Assembly: GCA_963662275.1 (NCBI GenBank)
Contig: OY759316.1
Span: 1,120,001-1,184,000 of the forward strand
Source of the DNA: Candidatus Cloacimonadales bacterium
GTDB lineage: Bacteria; Cloacimonadota; Cloacimonadia; Cloacimonadales; DAONDQ01
DNA: 64,000 nt
Direction: 5' to 3'
The notes under the pieces were generated by a model. It saw only the letters and a list, made by a program, of their open reading frames with translations, searched no databases and was not told where the DNA came from. Within the stretch, counting starts at the first letter, position 1. The number at the start of each line of letters is the position of its first letter. This document shows, piece by piece, positions 60,256 to 64,000 of the stretch. The translations under genes were made by a program, and so were the position numbers.

Positions 60256-63200
60256 TTATTTCATCAGTAACATCTTCCGAGTTGAAGAGTATTTTCCTGC
60301 ATACATCTTGCAGTAGTATATACCACTAGATACCTGGTTTCCATTTTGGTCTTTACCGTTCCATAATACCTTGTAGGTACCTTTGCTCTTGGTATCATTA
60401 ACTAGTGTACGTACCAATTGACCTTTCATATTGTAGATTTCAACTTTCACAGGAGCAGCATCTTTGACAGAGAAAGACAAAAGAGTAGTACCCGTAAATG
60501 GATTTGGATAATTGCCAAGAAGTTTTGTAGCTGTAACTACTCCTGGGTCTGATGTGGAAGTAAGAATTAACAGGAAGTTCAATACCAATTGCTGTCCGGC
60601 AATAATAGTCACATTTTGGGTATCCGTTGGGTATCCCTGTACCATGCACTGGACAGTTTGTTCACCCTGGGGCAAAAGCAGTGAGTAATTCCCATCAGCA
60701 TTCGAGAAAGTGGAATAGCTGCCAGATGAAATCCTGGCGCCATTGATAGGTGTATTAGATGTTCCATCAGAGACAAACCCAGTTAATGTTCCGAAGACCA
60801 CAAGCGGGGTTTCCAGGATATTGGAAAAAGTGGGCTGAGATGGAATATTGCCTGTGTAGATTGCTTTGACAGCCCATTCATAGGTACCGGAAGGCTGAGT
60901 ACTCCAAGCTGTATCAGTGAAATTAAGTGTATTAATGGCATCTTGAGTAAGTAACACCCAAGTTCCTTCATTGCTTTCCTGACCTGAGTTGAGTCTCCAG
61001 ACCTGATAACCGATGAGAGATCGGGTAAGTGTCCCGGTCTTGTTAATCTGTAAACGGGAAGTAGCTTGTTTATTACTATCAGGAAGAATTGGAGCCAGCC
61101 ATGTGAGATTTACACTGGTATGGTCAAGGCTCTCTGATGCGCTTAGTCCTGCAGGTGTATAAGGAACCTCATTCAGATTGAAATCCTGTGTGAGAGTACT
61201 ATCCTGTATGATTATTACCGTAATCGTCTGGTCATGGAATCCAAAGTAACTGGCAGTTACCTGGTGTTCTCCTATGGGGATATTACTGATCATGTAGTTA
61301 CCTAGTTCATCCGTAATAGCTTGACCACCGTCAACAACTTGAACTGTAGCATTAGGCAGCGGTTGATTATCGATTCCATAGACATGCCCTTGTAATTGAC
61401 CTTCTTCAATAGGAATGGGAATGGTTTCTATGATTACATCGTCAACATACAATCCGCGGTAAGTTCCTCCCAGTCCATGCATAAAAGCAACATAATGACC
61501 GCTTTCGGTAGAGTCTGCAAGATGGACGGTGTATTCAGTCCAAGCTGCAGCCAGGGTGATGGATTGTAATTCCGTATATGTAGCTGGGTCAAAAGGAGTA
61601 CTAATTCGACCTACTGACAGAGTATAATTGTTTTGATAACCTCGTGCCCAGAACGTGATTTGTGTTGTATTCAGATTGATTGTATCCACCAAAGGCGGTG
61701 CAACCAGGAGGATAGTACCTGCATTGTCTGTATTATTATATAAGTCTGCACTATTGGGTGAACTATTTGGAGCTACGATTACAGATGTAACAGTAGTCAC
61801 AGAACCATTGGATGTTGTTGGTACATATTTCAGCCAGTCCAGTGGTAAGCCAGGAGTTGTGACTCCATCGAAGTTCTGTGAATAGGGAAGAGAGTATATG
61901 GTAGGGTCGTAGCATGAGCCTTGCAGCGGTATTAAGTGGATCGCTCTTTTCCAATTCAGGTTATCAGCGATGGTGATGACTGCATTGCTCAAACCGGCTG
62001 CTGTGGGTTGATATATACAACTAAAGGTACTAGTTTGTCCGGCTTCGATAACCAGAGGAAACACAGGTAATCCTGAAAGTGAATACATTTCGCTACCAGT
62101 CACAGCAATGCTGTTTATTGTCAGAGCAGTGCTTCCCGAATTAAATATGACAAATGATTGTGTATTGATGCTATTCATCAGGACACTGCCCCAGTCTTTG
62201 GCTGATGGGTTGATTCCAAAGACAGGATTGGGATTTACCGGGTAATACGTAAATGAGGTCTTTGGAAATTGTCCTGATAGAGTACTGCCAGTGGTTGGAG
62301 GACTGGTAGGATCATATGTGACTGTGCTGCTGTAAATGTTGCGTGAGCGGTTTGTTCCTACAGTTTGGCATTGGAAGAGATCACTGCTATTGTAGGAAAG
62401 AGCTTCAATTGGTCTGTTGACCATCATGACCAGGTTGCCGCCTGTATAAGTATAAGGAGTTGTGAAACTGACATGTACTATGTTTTGTCCTGTTGGATAA
62501 TTCACGGTACCATCATAAACCTGGGTGAGTAGGGTTGAAGCAATCCAGCCAGTACTCAGGTCTGATTGAGCTGTTGTTCCGAGCCAGATTTTGGTAGGCA
62601 TGGCTGCCAGGTTGGATACAAAATTATTGTAGAATGACACCTCTGTAATCATACCGAAGGTATCAATTTCTGTACTTTGAAAGACGGTTTCAAAGAGGCT
62701 ATTGCGGTAATACATATCCATCGGAATCATAGATGTTTGATTTCCACTACCAATTGTAATTAGATGAATCCCTGCTTCCTGTACAGTAAGATTAATTGAA
62801 GAACTCTGGTCGTTCACAGTAATTGTGTCTCCAACCAATATCACTTTACCGTAGATGGTTATATCACCTGTTGCAGAAGGTGTCCAGCTAACTGTGACAG
62901 TAGCCGAAGTCAAGGGTTGGATTGCAATGCCGGGAACAGAAGCCAGTTCCGTATCACCAGACATGATTTTTACTAAATAGTCAGACTGCGCAGCAGTTCC
63001 AGCATTACGAACTGTAATCCTGTACCTGGAAGGTATCCCCATGGTAGGTGTGATATTCCCGCTGATACTTAAGCAAGCCATATTACTGGGAACTTGTATA
63101 ACAGGATTGAAATTATAGATTACATTGCTGCCTGGAAACGCAGCAATCGTTGACATTTCAGTTGTGGATGAACTCGTTGCAGGTGAACCGGGGGTTACGC

Positions 63201-63774
63201 TGAGATAATTATCGCTTCCTCCAGTGCTCATATTGATTCCAATGGAAGCAGAAGGACTAGTTGGTGTCCCAGTGGCATTGCCATACACAAATTCGATCTT
63301 ACCATTTTCGTAGAGCTTTGCCTGGAAATCAAATGTCGAAGCTGAATTGTTATTCCATTTACAGGTTGACCATTGGCAGGTAAAAACCCGGTTAGGCTCT
63401 GTACCTTCCGTAATATAAGCAGCTCCGCCTCCCGTAAGGTTAAGGTTATCCCACAAGGGAGCGACAACCGGACATACTGTCGTGCTTACCAGGCTGTTGT
63501 TTTGTGAAGTACTGGTACCAATAGTGCCAAGGTACATGAATCCGTTGGATGACATCTTGATTTGAGTATAAGTGTTCAGTCCATAGGGAAAGGAAAAGCC
63601 GATATCCAAGGCACTGGAAAGGACATTGTCTCCCAGTATCGTGGTGATGGCAGTACCCGTTATCGCATTGTAATTCCCAGTTGTTGAACTGAATGTGTAG
63701 TAGTTGCTGATCTGTGCAGTGAGGCTGCTAATAGACAGAATGAGAATGAGCAGGGGCAATAGATAACTCTTCAT
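60256..63774 (-). CDS. 1172-aa secreted multidomain protein (CARDB/Ig-like, ASPM-like, adhesin-like and carboxypeptidase-regulatory-like domains) with FlgD/T9SS-type C-terminal domain
   Basis: Signal peptide; VRNAG...WTP; QNFD...LP.DW; G.L.G.V...G.Y repeats; C-terminal NYPNPF...IYNMKGQLVRTL...SGIY...RKMLLMK. Confidence 0.8.
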   Translation of the reverse strand: MKSYLLPLLILILSISSLTAQISNYYTFSSTTGNYNAITGTAITTILGDNVLSSALDIGFSFPYGLNTYTQIKMSSNGFMYLGTIGTSTSQNNSLVSTTVCPVVAPLWDNLNLTGGGAAYITEGTEPNRVFTCQWSTCKWNNNSASTFDFQAKLYENGKIEFVYGNATGTPTSPSASIGINMSTGGSDNYLSVTPGSPATSSSTTEMSTIAAFPGSNVIYNFNPVIQVPSNMACLSISGNITPTMGIPSRYRITVRNAGTAAQSDYLVKIMSGDTELASVPGIAIQPLTSATVTVSWTPSATGDITIYGKVILVGDTITVNDQSSSINLTVQEAGIHLITIGSGNQTSMIPMDMYYRNSLFETVFQSTEIDTFGMITEVSFYNNFVSNLAAMPTKIWLGTTAQSDLSTGWIASTLLTQVYDGTVNYPTGQNIVHVSFTTPYTYTGGNLVMMVNRPIEALSYNSSDLFQCQTVGTNRSRNIYSSTVTYDPTSPPTTGSTLSGQFPKTSFTYYPVNPNPVFGINPSAKDWGSVLMNSINTQSFVIFNSGSTALTINSIAVTGSEMYSLSGLPVFPLVIEAGQTSTFSCIYQPTAAGLSNAVITIADNLNWKRAIHLIPLQGSCYDPTIYSLPYSQNFDGVTTPGLPLDWLKYVPTTSNGSVTTVTSVIVAPNSSPNSADLYNNTDNAGTILLVAPPLVDTINLNTTQITFWARGYQNNYTLSVGRISTPFDPATYTELQSITLAAAWTEYTVHLADSTESGHYVAFMHGLGGTYRGLYVDDVIIETIPIPIEEGQLQGHVYGIDNQPLPNATVQVVDGGQAITDELGNYMISNIPIGEHQVTASYFGFHDQTITVIIIQDSTLTQDFNLNEVPYTPAGLSASESLDHTSVNLTWLAPILPDSNKQATSRLQINKTGTLTRSLIGYQVWRLNSGQESNEGTWVLLTQDAINTLNFTDTAWSTQPSGTYEWAVKAIYTGNIPSQPTFSNILETPLVVFGTLTGFVSDGTSNTPINGARISSGSYSTFSNADGNYSLLLPQGEQTVQCMVQGYPTDTQNVTIIAGQQLVLNFLLILTSTSDPGVVTATKLLGNYPNPFTGTTLLSFSVKDAAPVKVEIYNMKGQLVRTLVNDTKSKGTYKVLWNGKDQNGNQVSSGIYYCKMYAGKYSSTRKMLLMK

Positions 63775-63960
63775 AGTTAACTCCTTGTTTTAAACCTACA
63801 GATTGAAATAAGAGCATATTCAAGACTGTATGTCAGTTAACTCGTCCCCTAGCATATCTGACATGGATTTATAGCATTGCCTTGAAGACATATGCTTTTT
63901 TAAAACTTCTGAACTTCAATTTTTAGTCAAACTTTTTTTTATATCTGACAGCATGTTTAC

Positions 63961-63987
63961 TTCAGTAGGATCTGCATCCTACTCTAC
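63961..63987 (-). repeat. GTAG-REP-like hairpin, inverted relative of 35864-35890
   Basis: Minus strand GTAGAGTAGGATGCAGATCCTACTGAA versus GTAGAGTAGGACGCCGTTCCTGCTGAA. Confidence 0.6.
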
Positions 63988-64000
63988 GACCGAAGCGCAT

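Noticed and set aside
1..64000. tRNA or rRNA genes
   Set aside because: No cloverleaf or rRNA-like segments recognised by eye in the intergenic regions; tRNAscan-SE or barrnap would confirm

Overview
AT-rich bacterial chromosomal window. The many proteins ending in a FlgD/T9SS-like C-terminal domain (NYPNPF...RKMLLLK), a PorV-like gene and an anaerobe-type Etf suggest an FCB-group anaerobe such as Cloacimonadota (inference only). In order: a partial CTD-bearing secreted protein; etfA-amidohydrolase-queE; HU plus an unannotated 31-aa bS22-like ORF; a two-gene HD-domain / double KaiC-like ATPase-SBP module; a 6828-aa repeat protein with recent ~1.29-kb internal duplications, followed by PorV-like and PorE-like genes; a restriction-modification remnant; small membrane genes and a hydrolase; an arsR-permease-ccdA-thioredoxin-acr3 operon; a complete IS (11-bp TIR, 8-bp TSD) with an apparently frameshifted transposase; a nucleotide-sugar dehydrogenase; a nine-gene transport operon; an ino1/TagF-like/IPCT-like cluster; and another CTD protein. 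The best candidate for an undescribed system is the transport operon (47431-54859). It is led by a Moco/Wco-type riboswitch with an SD-sequestering hairpin and encodes a TonB-dependent receptor, a full ECF module and four exported proteins built from Cys-less sulfite-oxidase-like Moco-binding domains, i.e. a candidate Mo/W-pterin cofactor salvage system. Intergenic regions hold several dispersed palindromic repeat families and heptamer arrays. All calls come from motif recognition by eye; no searches were run.
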